Below, piece after piece: positions 38,721-49,531 of a stretch of 64,000 nt of DNA. The notes below the pieces were generated by a model. That model was not told where the DNA came from. It saw only the letters and a list, made by a program, of their open reading frames with translations, and did not search any database. Both the position numbers and the translations under genes were made by a program. The number at the start of each line of letters is the position of its first letter. Within the stretch, counting starts at the first letter, position 1. Where the stretch lies: contig OY781945.1 of assembly GCA_963677435.1 (NCBI GenBank), positions 768,001 to 832,000 of the forward strand, read 5' to 3'. Source of the stretch: an uncultured Aliarcobacter sp. (GTDB lineage: Bacteria; Campylobacterota; Campylobacteria; Campylobacterales; Arcobacteraceae).

Positions 38721-41618
38721 ATGTTCAAAAACATATCAATTAAAGGCAAGATTTTACTTCTTTCTTTAGTAACGATTATTGTAGTATCATTTGCAATAGC
38801 TGTGGATTCAATATATTCTATCCAAAAGTTTTCAGAAAAGAATATTGAAAGCTTTAAAAAGCAAGCTTACGAAAAAAAAGAGTTAGAACTTAAAAATTAT
38901 GTATCTTTAGCCATGAAAACAGTTGAAGCATATCATAGTAGAACCTCTGTTGATAAAATTAAAGTAGAAGTTCAAGAGCAATTAAAAATGCAAACGAATT
39001 TTCTATTTTCTATTTTACAATCTGAATATGATAAGTTAAAAGATTCTCTTTCAGAAGAAGCTCTTCAGTACAGATTAAAATCAATTGTTAATTCAACTAG
39101 ATATGGAGAAAGCGGGTATTTTTGGATTAATGATACAAATGCAGTTATTGTAGTTCATCCAATTAAACCTGAATTAAATGGAAAAGATTTAGTTAATTAT
39201 CAAGATAAAAATGGCAAAAAAATCTTTAAAGAATTCGCTACAGTTGCAAAAAATAATGGTGAAGGTTTTGTTGATTATGTTTGGCCGAAACCAGGTTTTA
39301 CAGCTCCTCAATTAAAAGTGTCATTTGTTAAATTGTTTAAACCATATAATTGGGTTATTGGTACAGGTGAATATGTTGATGATGTTACATCAAAAATGCA
39401 AGAAGAAGCTTTAAAAACAATTTCTGAAATGAGATATGCAAACAATGATTATTTTTGGATAAATGATTCAACACCAAAAATGATAATGCACCCAATTAAA
39501 CCAGAATTAAATGGAAAAGATTTATCTGAAAATAAAGATGCAAAAGGTAAAAAACATTTCGTTGAAATGACTGAAGTTGTTAAAAATAATAAAGAGGGTG
39601 GTTTAGTAAAATATTTTTGGGATAAACCAGGAAAAGCTGGCGATCCTAGAGAGAAATTCTCTTATGTTCAAAGATTTGAGCCTTGGGATTGGATAATAGG
39701 AACTGGTGCTTATGTTGATGACATAGAAAATGAAGTACAACTTATGGAACAACATACTTCTAGTGAAATTGACAAGATTATATTAAATATTTTAATATTT
39801 TCATTAGTTTCAATAATTATTGTCTATTTAATCTATAATTATTTTGTTAACCAATCTATTATTAAACCTTTAGAAAATTTAAATAAAGCTATTAATGACA
39901 TTAGTGCAGACACAAATGGCACAGCAGTTATTCAAAAAAGATCTAATGATGAAATTGGAAAACTTGTTGATAGTTTCAATGGTTATATAGGGAAATTAAA
40001 AGAGGGTTATGAAGAAGATTCAAAAGTAATTGAAAATGTAGATGAAGTTATTGAAAAAGTAATCAATGGGTTCTATGTTTATAAAATTGAAAAAACATCA
40101 TCAAATCCTCAAATTATAAAACTAAGAGATTCTATTAATTCAATGATTGAAAAAACTAATGAAAATTTAGTTCAATTAAATAATGTATTGATTGAATATG
40201 GTAATTCAAATTTTAGTGTTGATGATTCAAAACTTAATACTTCAAAAGTTAATGGTGTAATTTCATCATTGGCTGCAAGTAGTAGATTAATTGGTGTTAC
40301 TGTTTCAGAATTTTTATCAATGATTATTGTAAGTGGTAGAAAATTAAATGAAGATACAAGTATATTATCAACTGCTGCTAATAAACTTTCTTCATCAGCA
40401 AATGAACAAGCAGCTTCATTAGAAGAAACAGCAGCAGCTGTTGAAGAGATAACATCTATTGTAAAATCTAGTGTACAAAAAGTTCATCAAATGTCAAACT
40501 TAGCTACAGAACTTCAAATTTCATCTAGAGATGGAGAAACTTTAGCTTCTAAAACAACAAAAGCTATGGATGAAATTGATAGTCAAGTAAACTCTATTAA
40601 TGATGCAATTACTGTTATTGATCAAATTGCTTTCCAAACAAATATTCTTTCATTAAATGCAGCAGTAGAGGCAGCAACTGCTGGTGAAGCAGGTCGAGGA
40701 TTTGCCGTAGTTGCAGCAGAAGTGAGAAACTTAGCAAATAGAAGTGCAGAAGCAGCAAAAGAGATAAAAAATATAGTTCAAATTGCAACTACAAAAGCAA
40801 ATGAAGGAAAATCTATTGCTAATGAAATGATAGGTGGATATGCGACTTTAAATTCTAAAATTAATCAAACAATTACTTTAATTGAAGATGTATCTCAAGG
40901 AAGTAAAGAAGAAGAGAAAGGTATTATTCAAATAAATGACACAATTAATACTTTAGATCAAGCAACACAAGTTAATGCAAACTCTGCAACAATCATTAGT
41001 GAACTTGCAAGTGAAGTTACAAAATTATCAGAAAACTTATTAAAAATTGCAGATAGAGCAAAATTTAATGAAGTTTCAAAAGAAGAGATTGAAGATATAG
41101 ATTTAGTATTTAAAATTTCTAAATTAAAAAATGATCATATTAGATTTAAGTTAACAAACTTTGATAAAATAGGTAAAACAAAAGTTGCATGGAGTGTTAC
41201 AAAATCTACAGAATGTGCACTAGGTAAATGGTTATTAGAAGAAGAAAATTTAGGGAAAGCATTTACAAAAACAGAAAACTGGAAACAACTAAAATTAAAT
41301 CATGATTTAGTTCATAATAGTGTTCAAGATTATATTACAGAAGATTGTAAAGAAAAACCAGATAATTCTTTATTAAATAATTTATCTCAAAAATTAGATG
41401 ATTCAACTATGAAAGTATTTCACTGTTTAGATCAATTAAAGAAAGATAATATTAATACTAAGCCTGTATTGAGTGAAAAAACTGCTCCTAGTTTAAAACA
41501 ATCAAATACAATAAATAGTAATATGAATGTTCCTGAAAATAAACATCTTGCAACTAAACAAAAAACTACAGTTATCACTTCAACGAAAAAAGATGATGAT
41601 GAATGGGAAAGCTTTTAA
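38721..41618 (+). CDS. Chemoreceptor with tandem Cache domains, HAMP, MA domain, CZB domain and C-terminal pentapeptide
   Basis: Two YFWIND..HP.KPELNGKDL repeats; MCP hairpin; DH..F/C.LGKW/H..VH CZB ligands; ends EWESF. Confidence 0.93.
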   Translation: MFKNISIKGKILLLSLVTIIVVSFAIAVDSIYSIQKFSEKNIESFKKQAYEKKELELKNYVSLAMKTVEAYHSRTSVDKIKVEVQEQLKMQTNFLFSILQSEYDKLKDSLSEEALQYRLKSIVNSTRYGESGYFWINDTNAVIVVHPIKPELNGKDLVNYQDKNGKKIFKEFATVAKNNGEGFVDYVWPKPGFTAPQLKVSFVKLFKPYNWVIGTGEYVDDVTSKMQEEALKTISEMRYANNDYFWINDSTPKMIMHPIKPELNGKDLSENKDAKGKKHFVEMTEVVKNNKEGGLVKYFWDKPGKAGDPREKFSYVQRFEPWDWIIGTGAYVDDIENEVQLMEQHTSSEIDKIILNILIFSLVSIIIVYLIYNYFVNQSIIKPLENLNKAINDISADTNGTAVIQKRSNDEIGKLVDSFNGYIGKLKEGYEEDSKVIENVDEVIEKVINGFYVYKIEKTSSNPQIIKLRDSINSMIEKTNENLVQLNNVLIEYGNSNFSVDDSKLNTSKVNGVISSLAASSRLIGVTVSEFLSMIIVSGRKLNEDTSILSTAANKLSSSANEQAASLEETAAAVEEITSIVKSSVQKVHQMSNLATELQISSRDGETLASKTTKAMDEIDSQVNSINDAITVIDQIAFQTNILSLNAAVEAATAGEAGRGFAVVAAEVRNLANRSAEAAKEIKNIVQIATTKANEGKSIANEMIGGYATLNSKINQTITLIEDVSQGSKEEEKGIIQINDTINTLDQATQVNANSATIISELASEVTKLSENLLKIADRAKFNEVSKEEIEDIDLVFKISKLKNDHIRFKLTNFDKIGKTKVAWSVTKSTECALGKWLLEEENLGKAFTKTENWKQLKLNHDLVHNSVQDYITEDCKEKPDNSLLNNLSQKLDDSTMKVFHCLDQLKKDNINTKPVLSEKTAPSLKQSNTINSNMNVPENKHLATKQKTTVITSTKKDDDEWESF

Positions 41619-41738
41619 GCTTTCCTAAACAAGCTCATAAAACAAGAGTAAATCTATCCTCTTTTATATTTATTAAAAAATAGATATAATGCCAATCAAA
41701 AAAATAAAATATAACAATGAAATATTTAAAGGAATTGT

Positions 41739-43025
41739 ATGAATAATGAAAAAGTAGAGTTATTATCACCTGCTGGAAACTTAGAAAAATTAAAAATTGC
41801 AATAAAATATGGAGCAGATGCTGTGTATGCAGGTGTTAGTCACTTTAGCTTAAGAATTAGAGCTGGAAAAGAGTTTACATTTGAAACATTTAAAGAGGGA
41901 ATTGACTATGCTCATGCTCGTGGTAAAAAAGTTTATGCAACAATTAATGGATTTCCATTTAATTCTCAAATAGATTTATTAAAAAAACATATTATAAAAA
42001 TGGCAGAACTTGAACCAGATGGTTTTATCGTAGCAGCACCTGGAGTTGTAAAATTATGTCGAGAACTTGCACCTCAAATTGATATTCATCTTTCAACGCA
42101 AGCAAATGTTTTAAACTATCTTGATGCTCAAGTTTTTTGGGATATGGGTGTTAAAAGAATCGTAGTTGCTAGAGAAATTTCATTAAAAGATGTAGTTGAA
42201 ATTAAAAAACATTTACCTGATATGGAAATTGAAATCTTTGTACATGGTTCAATGTGTTTTGCATATTCAGGAAGATGTCTAGTAAGTGCAGTTCAAATGG
42301 GAAGAGTTCCAAATAGAGGATCTTGTGCAAATGACTGTAGATTTGAATATACATTATATGCAGCAAATGAAGATCACAGTACATTATTTAGATTAGAAGA
42401 AGAACCAGGTGTTGGAACATATATTTTTAATTCAAAAGATATGAATTTAGCTTCTCATATAAAAGAGATTCTAGATTCTGGTGCAGTTGATTCACTTAAA
42501 ATTGAGGGAAGAACAAAATCACCATATTATGCTGCTGTTACTGCAAAAGCATATAGAAATGCTATTGATGATTATTATGCTGGTAATTTTGATGCGGATC
42601 TTTATCAAAGAGAACTTTATACTACAAAAAATAGAGGATTTACTGATGCTTATTTAATTCATAGACCATTTGAAAAAACTGATTCTCAGAATCATGAGTA
42701 TGCATTAAGTAAAGGTTCATATGAAGTTACAGGACTTGTAACAGAAGATGAAGAACACTTCTTATGTAAATATAAAGTTTATCCAAATGAAGATATTGAA
42801 ATCTTCACTCCAGCGGGTGAAGAATTAGTTGAGTGTGATACTGAGATTGGAAAGATTTTCAAAAAAGATGGAATTTATTATATTAATTTCAAAAAAATAT
42901 TAACAGAAACAAATAAAGAATTAGAATCTGTTCATAGTGGAAATGTAAATAAAATTAAACTTCCTGGAAAATTACCTTATTTAACAATGTTTAGAGTTGC
43001 AAATATTGAAGAAACTGTTGAATAA
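41739..43025 (+). CDS. Peptidase U32 family protein (TrhP/YegQ-like tRNA hydroxylation)
   Basis: ELLSPAG, GADAVY, HLSTQA, HGSMCFAYSGRC, NRGSC..CR, LKIEGR. Confidence 0.9.
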   Translation: MNNEKVELLSPAGNLEKLKIAIKYGADAVYAGVSHFSLRIRAGKEFTFETFKEGIDYAHARGKKVYATINGFPFNSQIDLLKKHIIKMAELEPDGFIVAAPGVVKLCRELAPQIDIHLSTQANVLNYLDAQVFWDMGVKRIVVAREISLKDVVEIKKHLPDMEIEIFVHGSMCFAYSGRCLVSAVQMGRVPNRGSCANDCRFEYTLYAANEDHSTLFRLEEEPGVGTYIFNSKDMNLASHIKEILDSGAVDSLKIEGRTKSPYYAAVTAKAYRNAIDDYYAGNFDADLYQRELYTTKNRGFTDAYLIHRPFEKTDSQNHEYALSKGSYEVTGLVTEDEEHFLCKYKVYPNEDIEIFTPAGEELVECDTEIGKIFKKDGIYYINFKKILTETNKELESVHSGNVNKIKLPGKLPYLTMFRVANIEETVE

Positions 43026-43039
43026 GTTTTAAATTATTA

Positions 43040-44302
43040 ATGATATTTTTTAGAGTTACACAAAATATAAATATTAAAACTACTGATGGAACTTTAGTTA
43101 ATTATTTTAAACTAAAAGGTCCATCAGAAATAGAAAATTCAACTATATATATTTCGACTTATGATGACTTTTTGGATTTAAAACAGATATTTGAAAAAAT
43201 TGATAAAGAGAAATACTCTATAAAAATACTTAATGAAGAAAAAGTAAGAGCATCAGATAATTTTCCTATTGAATTAGGAATTCCAAATCTTAATGAATAC
43301 AATTATAGAGAAAATTTTAATCAAAAAATTTTTCAAGATATTAAAAAAATAGATATTTACAAACAATTAATAAATATTAAAAAAGAAGAAATATCAATTG
43401 CTATTATTGGTGGAGTTGGCAAAAGTATTAGCGAAATAATTTCTTCTTGTACTGCTTTACGAATACTTTATAAAAAACTAAAAGATTTATACAAAAATAT
43501 TAAATTTGATATATATATTAATGCTTCAAATAATAGTTTTTATTCAAGAGATAAACAGATATATGAAACTCAAGATTATATAAGTAATATTTTCCCTTTG
43601 AGTATAAGTTCTAAAAAATTGTGCGAATATGATTATTTTATTGATAATAGTTTATCTATTAAATTTTTAGAATCAGATTCTTTAAATTATGTTGATGCTT
43701 GGCTTTTTAAATTTGGAATAGACTATAAAAAAATAAGTGAAAATGAAAAATATAATGAATTAAATATCTCAAATTATAAAGTTCAAGATAGTTTAAAAAA
43801 TAAATTAAAAGAAATAAAATCAAAAGGTAAATTACTCTTATTTCATCCATACTCTGCAAATATAAATAAATCAATTCCTCAAAATATTGCCATAGAGTTG
43901 TTAAAATCACTTCTTCTAAAAGATGAAGATTATATTATCGTTTCAACACTTTTAATTGATAATAAAATCAAAGATGATAGATTTATAGATTTAACAAAAG
44001 AGTCTAAAAATATAAATGATTTTATCTATATAATTTCTTCAATGGATAAAATAATTACGACAGATACTTCAACTTTTCATATTAGCGACGCTTTTATGAT
44101 TCCAACAATTGTTTTTTTTACCCAAAATGAGTATTTAAATAAAATAAAATATTTTAAATATATAAAACCAATTTTCGTAGAAGATAAATCTAAAAATCTT
44201 TCTAAATTTATTTATGATAATGATAACTTGACTATAAACAAATTTGAGTCTTGGAATAAATTAAAAGTAAATAAGATTATAAAACTATTAGATAATTTTT
44301 GA
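43040..44302 (+). CDS. Glycosyltransferase family 9-like protein
   Basis: C-terminal LFHPYS, IDLT, ITTDTSTFHISDAF.IPTIVFF resembling GT9. Confidence 0.65.
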   Translation: MIFFRVTQNINIKTTDGTLVNYFKLKGPSEIENSTIYISTYDDFLDLKQIFEKIDKEKYSIKILNEEKVRASDNFPIELGIPNLNEYNYRENFNQKIFQDIKKIDIYKQLINIKKEEISIAIIGGVGKSISEIISSCTALRILYKKLKDLYKNIKFDIYINASNNSFYSRDKQIYETQDYISNIFPLSISSKKLCEYDYFIDNSLSIKFLESDSLNYVDAWLFKFGIDYKKISENEKYNELNISNYKVQDSLKNKLKEIKSKGKLLLFHPYSANINKSIPQNIAIELLKSLLLKDEDYIIVSTLLIDNKIKDDRFIDLTKESKNINDFIYIISSMDKIITTDTSTFHISDAFMIPTIVFFTQNEYLNKIKYFKYIKPIFVEDKSKNLSKFIYDNDNLTINKFESWNKLKVNKIIKLLDNF

Positions 44303-44308
44303 TATAAT
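44300..44308 (+). promoter_or_regulatory. Extended -10 promoter of purE operon
   Basis: TG-A-TATAAT 32 nt upstream of purE. Confidence 0.6.
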
Positions 44309-44340
44309 CTCGCACTTTTAAAAATTAAAAAAGGATTAAA

Positions 44341-44835
44341 ATGAATTTTATATCAATTATTATGGGTAGCAAATCAGATTACGAAATTATGAAAAATTGT
44401 GCAGATACTTTTGAAAAATTTAATGTTAAGTATGAGATGATTATATCATCAGCACATAGATCTCCAGAAAGAACTAAAGATTATGTTAAAGAAGCAGAAG
44501 AAAAAGGTGCAGTAGTATTTATAGCAGCTGCTGGAATGGCAGCTCACTTAGCTGGTGCATTAGCAGCAACTACAACTAAACCTATTATTGGTGTTCCTAT
44601 GAAAGGTGGCGCAATGGATGGTATGGATGCTATGCTTTCAACTGTTCAAATGCCAGCTGGTATGCCAGTTGCAACTGTTGCCCTTGGAAAATCTGGAGCA
44701 ATTAATGCAGCTTACTTAGCAATGCAAATTTTAGCAATTACAGATAAAGAATTATCTGTAAAACTCAAAGAAGACAGAATTGTAAAAGCAAAAGCTGTTG
44801 AGACTGATTCAAAAGAAATAGAAGTAATTTTATAA
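44341..44835 (+). CDS. purE: N5-carboxyaminoimidazole ribonucleotide mutase
   Basis: IMGSKSD, SAHRSP, AGMAAHL, QMPAGMPVATV. Confidence 0.98.
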   Translation: MNFISIIMGSKSDYEIMKNCADTFEKFNVKYEMIISSAHRSPERTKDYVKEAEEKGAVVFIAAAGMAAHLAGALAATTTKPIIGVPMKGGAMDGMDAMLSTVQMPAGMPVATVALGKSGAINAAYLAMQILAITDKELSVKLKEDRIVKAKAVETDSKEIEVIL

Positions 44836-45068
44836 TGAAACCTGTTGCACTATTTACTATACCAAATTGTAAATGGTGCAAAGAGGCTAGTACTTACTTA
44901 AAAACTAAAAAGATAAAATACAACACGATAGATTTATCAAAAAATAAAGAAGCATTAAAAGATTGTCAAAAGCACAAATGTACAGGAGCACCTGTTATAT
45001 TAATAGGAAATGTATGGATTTGTGGTTTTGATAAAGATAAAATAAATAAAGAGTTAGGAATTAAATAA
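44835..45068 (+). CDS. Glutaredoxin/NrdH-like protein
   Basis: CKWC motif, APVILIG...GFD. Confidence 0.85.
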   Translation: MKPVALFTIPNCKWCKEASTYLKTKKIKYNTIDLSKNKEALKDCQKHKCTGAPVILIGNVWICGFDKDKINKELGIK

Positions 45069-46006
45069 TGGTTACATTTTCGCAAATTCTATTAAAATTA
45101 CAAGAATTTTGGGCAAATCAAGGTTGTAATATTGTTCAACCTTATGATATTCCAGCCGGAGCTGGTACATTTCATCCAGCTACACTTCTAAGAAGCTTAG
45201 ACTCAACTCCTTGGAGTACAGCTTATGTGGCACCAAGTAGAAGACCAACTGATGGAAGATATGGAGAAAATCCAAATAGATTAGGCGCTTATTATCAATT
45301 CCAAGTATTAATAAAACCAAGTCCTGATAATATTCAAGACTTATATTTGCAATCTTTAGAATTTTTAGGTTTAGATATTTCAAAACATGATATAAGATTT
45401 GTTGAAGACAACTGGGAATCACCAACTCTTGGTGCTTGGGGACTTGGATGGGAAGTTTGGCTTGATGGTATGGAAGTTACTCAATTTACATATTTTCAAC
45501 AAGTTGGTGGATTAGCTTGTGATCCTGTTGCTGTTGAAATTACATATGGAACGGAAAGACTTGCAATGTATTTACAAGGCGTTGATTCAGTTTATGATAT
45601 TGTGTGGAATGAAAATAAATTTGGTAAAACAACTTATGGTGATGTTCATAAAGAGGGTGAATTTGAATTTTCTACATACAATTTTGAAGTAGCAAATACT
45701 GATATGTTATTTAAACATTTTGATGATGCTTTTAATGAGTGTAAATCATGTTTAAATGCAGCTCTTCCACTTCCTGCATACGATCAATGTATGATTGCAT
45801 CACATTCTTTTAATACTTTAGATGCAAGAAAAGCCATTTCAGTAACAGAGAGACAAAATTATATTTTAAAAGTGCGAGAATTAGCTCAAGGATGTGCTAT
45901 GCTGTACAAAGAGCAAGAGCCTGCAAGATTAGCTAGAATTGGAAGTCCTGCTTCTTTAAAAGCATTAGAAGAGTTAAAAGTAAAACATCCTGAATTATTT
46001 GTTTAG
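45068..46006 (+). CDS. glyQ: Glycine--tRNA ligase alpha subunit
   Basis: [30 protein letters not shown]. Confidence 0.98.
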   Translation: MVTFSQILLKLQEFWANQGCNIVQPYDIPAGAGTFHPATLLRSLDSTPWSTAYVAPSRRPTDGRYGENPNRLGAYYQFQVLIKPSPDNIQDLYLQSLEFLGLDISKHDIRFVEDNWESPTLGAWGLGWEVWLDGMEVTQFTYFQQVGGLACDPVAVEITYGTERLAMYLQGVDSVYDIVWNENKFGKTTYGDVHKEGEFEFSTYNFEVANTDMLFKHFDDAFNECKSCLNAALPLPAYDQCMIASHSFNTLDARKAISVTERQNYILKVRELAQGCAMLYKEQEPARLARIGSPASLKALEELKVKHPELFV

Positions 46007-46015
46007 GAGTTTAAT

Positions 46016-46771
46016 TTGAAACTGCAAGAAATATATGATGTTTTAAATAAAATATCACCATTTGAGCTTCAGGAAAAATGGGACAACTCAGGAATTCTTG
46101 TAGGTTCATTATCAGATGAAATTGAAAATATTTATATTAGTATTGATTTGGATGAAGAGTTATTAGCAAAAGTAGAAAAAAATTCTTTAATAATTACTCA
46201 TCATCCTTTGATCTTTTCAGGTTTAAAAAAAGTAAATTTTGATACATATAGTACAAAATTGTTAAAAGAGTTAATAAAAAAAGATATTTCATTAATTTCA
46301 ATGCACACAAATATTGATAAAACACATTTAAACAAATATGTAACAGAAGATATACTTGGATTTAAAATAGATAATACTAATGAGTTTATATCTTATTGTG
46401 AAGTAAATATGAATTTTAATGAACTAGTAAAACATGTTTCATCTAAATTGGCTTTAAAAATTACCAAAACAGTTAGATGTAATGATTTTATTAAAAAAAT
46501 AGGAGTTGTTACGGGTTCGGGAATGTCATTAATCAATGAATTAAAGGCTGATTGTTTCTTAACAGGTGATATAAAATATCATGATGCAATGGAAGCAAAA
46601 GCTAGAAGTATTTCACTTATTGACATCAGACACTATGAGAGTGAAAGATACTTCAGTACCTTAGTAGAGGGGCTTCTTTCAGAATATTTGAAAAAAAATA
46701 AATTAAAAGCTATAATAACAGCTTCAAAAAATCCATTTGAGTTTTTTATAGAAGGAGAAACGGTTGAATAA
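46016..46771 (+). CDS. Nif3-like dinuclear metal-centre protein
   Basis: WDNSG, ITHHP, HTNID, TGDIKYH, HYESE. Confidence 0.92.
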   Translation: MKLQEIYDVLNKISPFELQEKWDNSGILVGSLSDEIENIYISIDLDEELLAKVEKNSLIITHHPLIFSGLKKVNFDTYSTKLLKELIKKDISLISMHTNIDKTHLNKYVTEDILGFKIDNTNEFISYCEVNMNFNELVKHVSSKLALKITKTVRCNDFIKKIGVVTGSGMSLINELKADCFLTGDIKYHDAMEAKARSISLIDIRHYESERYFSTLVEGLLSEYLKKNKLKAIITASKNPFEFFIEGETVE

Positions 46772-47483
46772 GTATTTAGAGGATTTAATCAAATTATCAA
46801 AATTTGATACAGCAATTAGTATGTTTGAACCAAAAATTGAGAATGAAAAAGCTAAATTAGCTACATTTGTTGAAACAGCAGCCTCAATTAAAGCATCAAT
46901 TAATTCAATTTATTTAGAAATTGATGATGTAAAATCAAAAAGAACAAAAAACAATATTCACTTAGCTGAATTAAAAACTAAGTTAGACAATATTGCTAAA
47001 AAGAACAAAGATGTTCATAATGAAAAAGAGTTAAAAGCTTTACAATTAGAAGAAGAAATTGCAAAAGAGCAAATTTCATTTGCAAATGAAGAGATTGAAA
47101 GATTAGATACTCTTACAAAAAATAAAGAAGTTACTTTAAAAGAGTTACAAGAAAAATTAGCTGTAGAAGAAGAAGATATAAAAGAAATCCAAGTTGCAGT
47201 TGATTCTACAATTGAAGAGATTAATAAAGATAGAAATGTTGTATATCAAGAAAGAAGTGAATTATTAGAAAAATTTGATAATAAAATTTTAACTTTTTAT
47301 GAAAAAATCAAAAGATGGGCAAAAGATTCAGCTGTAGTTCCTGTAAAAAAACAAGCATGTTATGGATGTTATATGAAAATTAATGATAAAACTTATGCAG
47401 AAGTTATTAAAGCAGAAGAGATTGTTAATTGTCCACATTGTGGAAGAATCCTTTATAAAGAAGATGAAATAGAAGAGGCTTAA
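46764..47483 (+). CDS. Coiled-coil C4 zinc-ribbon protein (HP0958/FlgZ-like)
   Basis: Long coiled coil then CYGC...CPHCGRILY. Confidence 0.88.
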   Translation: MNKYLEDLIKLSKFDTAISMFEPKIENEKAKLATFVETAASIKASINSIYLEIDDVKSKRTKNNIHLAELKTKLDNIAKKNKDVHNEKELKALQLEEEIAKEQISFANEEIERLDTLTKNKEVTLKELQEKLAVEEEDIKEIQVAVDSTIEEINKDRNVVYQERSELLEKFDNKILTFYEKIKRWAKDSAVVPVKKQACYGCYMKINDKTYAEVIKAEEIVNCPHCGRILYKEDEIEEA

Positions 47484-47485
47484 TC

Positions 47486-48634
47486 TTGAGCCCTTTTAGT
47501 ATATTTTACTACTTAATATTAAGTTTTATTTATATACTTGCAATTCCTTATTTAATATTTAAGTCAAAAAACCATAAATATAGACAAGCAATTCCCGCAA
47601 AATTTTTCTTAAGAAATAATTGTAAATTTAAAGAAAATGGTATTTGGTTTCACTCGTGTTCTATGGGTGAAACAAAAGCTATCAAACCTTTGATTGAAAA
47701 TTATTTGAATGATGCAAATATTTCTGTTATTACAAATACAGGATTTGAAGAAGCTAAAAAAATATCTTCAAATGTAAGATATTTGCCATTTGAAATATTT
47801 TTACCATTTTGGATAAATAAACAAAAAGTTTTAGTTGTAATGGAAGCGGAACTTTGGTATCTACTTTTTTTGATAGCAAAGAAAAAAGGTGCAAAAACTT
47901 TATTAATTAATGCAAGAATTTCAGATAGATCTTATAAATCATATAAAAGATTTTCTTTTTTATACAAAAGAATATTTAAAAATATTGATAAAGTTTTTGC
48001 ACAAAGTTTGACAGATAAACAAAGACTTGAAGAATTGGGTGCTTCTAATGTTGAAGTTATTGGAAATATAAAATTAGCACAGTTACCAAAAGTGAATATT
48101 AGTTTTGAAAAACCAAATGGTATTTTAATAACAGCTGCTAGTACTCATGAAAATGAGGAAAAATTAATTTTAGATGCTTATAAAACACAGCAAGGTAAAT
48201 TAGTAATAGTTCCAAGACATCCAGAGAGATTTGATAAAGTTGATTTACTTATTAAAGAGTATATTAAAAATAAAGATATTTCATATCATAGATATTCTTC
48301 AAAAGAGGATTTTGAATCTGATATAATATTAGTTGATAAAATGGGAATACTAAATGATATTTATGCAATATCAGATGTAGTAATTCTTGGTGGTGCATTT
48401 GAAAAAATTGGTGGGCATAATCCAGTTGAGCCTGCTTTTTTTAATTGTAAGATTATTAGTGGTAAAAATATATTTAATCAAAAATCTCTTTTTGATTGTA
48501 TAAAAAATTACTATTTAATACAAAATGATGAATTAGGCAATTATTTAAATAATATAAAAAATTTAGAAAAACCTATACTAACAAAAGCAGGTTCTATAGA
48601 ACCTATAATAAAGGAGATAAACAGATGGCTGTAA
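47486..48634 (+). CDS. waaA: Kdo transferase
   Basis: WFHSCSMGE, EAELW, NARIS, ASTH, VPRHPER, GGHNPVEPA. Confidence 0.95.
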   Translation: MSPFSIFYYLILSFIYILAIPYLIFKSKNHKYRQAIPAKFFLRNNCKFKENGIWFHSCSMGETKAIKPLIENYLNDANISVITNTGFEEAKKISSNVRYLPFEIFLPFWINKQKVLVVMEAELWYLLFLIAKKKGAKTLLINARISDRSYKSYKRFSFLYKRIFKNIDKVFAQSLTDKQRLEELGASNVEVIGNIKLAQLPKVNISFEKPNGILITAASTHENEEKLILDAYKTQQGKLVIVPRHPERFDKVDLLIKEYIKNKDISYHRYSSKEDFESDIILVDKMGILNDIYAISDVVILGGAFEKIGGHNPVEPAFFNCKIISGKNIFNQKSLFDCIKNYYLIQNDELGNYLNNIKNLEKPILTKAGSIEPIIKEINRWL

Positions 48635-49383
48635 CTTATGATAAAGCGTACAAACTATTAGCACTACAAGAAAATATATCAAACTCAAAGGCAAAAGAGT
48701 TAATTGATAGAGGTGTTGTAAAAGTTGGTGAGCAAAAGGTTTTAATTGCACGTGGTGAAATTAGAAGTGATACAAAATTTAATATTAAAGAGATTTCAAA
48801 AATAAGAGTAATTTTTGAAGACAATGATATTTTAGTAGTTGATAAACCAGCATTTTTAACTGCTGATGATGTTGCAAAAAAATATGAAAAAGCAATTTTA
48901 TTAAACAGACTTGATAAAGAAACAAGTGGTGTAATGATGTTTGCAAAAAATGAAGAATTTCAAAAAAAAGCAATCAAAGAATTCCAAGCAAATAGAGTTT
49001 ACAAAGAGTATGTAGCTATTGTTGAGGGTAAAGTTGTTGATGAAATAGAGATTGATAAACCAATTCTAACTACAAAAGATAGAGGAATGGCAAAATCAAA
49101 AATTGATTTAAAAAGAGGAAAACCAGCAAAAAGTACAGTTTATCCTGTATTAGTTGAGGGTAATAAATCAAAAATTAAAGTTGTTATTGAATCAGGTAGA
49201 ACTCATCAAATTAGAGTTCATCTAAATTCAGTTGGATTACCTATAATTGGTGATGCAATTTATGGAAGAACAGCTTCAAATATAAATAGAGTTTTACTTC
49301 ATTCAAAAATTACAAAAATCTTTGATTATGTTTTTGAATCAAAAGAACCAAAAGAATTTAAAGTGTATGACTTTAATTCATAA
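48625..49383 (+). CDS. RluA-family pseudouridine synthase
   Basis: DKPA, RLDKETSG, GRTHQIRVH, IIGD..YG. Confidence 0.93.
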   Translation: MAVTYDKAYKLLALQENISNSKAKELIDRGVVKVGEQKVLIARGEIRSDTKFNIKEISKIRVIFEDNDILVVDKPAFLTADDVAKKYEKAILLNRLDKETSGVMMFAKNEEFQKKAIKEFQANRVYKEYVAIVEGKVVDEIEIDKPILTTKDRGMAKSKIDLKRGKPAKSTVYPVLVEGNKSKIKVVIESGRTHQIRVHLNSVGLPIIGDAIYGRTASNINRVLLHSKITKIFDYVFESKEPKEFKVYDFNS

Positions 49384-49531
49384 TTAAGTTTAGATAAATA
49401 GTAAAACCCTATATTTAGGGATTTACTAAAAATATAAATATAAAAATTTACTTAAACTACTTCAAAATTTAATCTAAAATAAAGCATATTTAAAGTAAAA
49501 TCACGCAATTTAAAAATTGTGGAGATTTACT

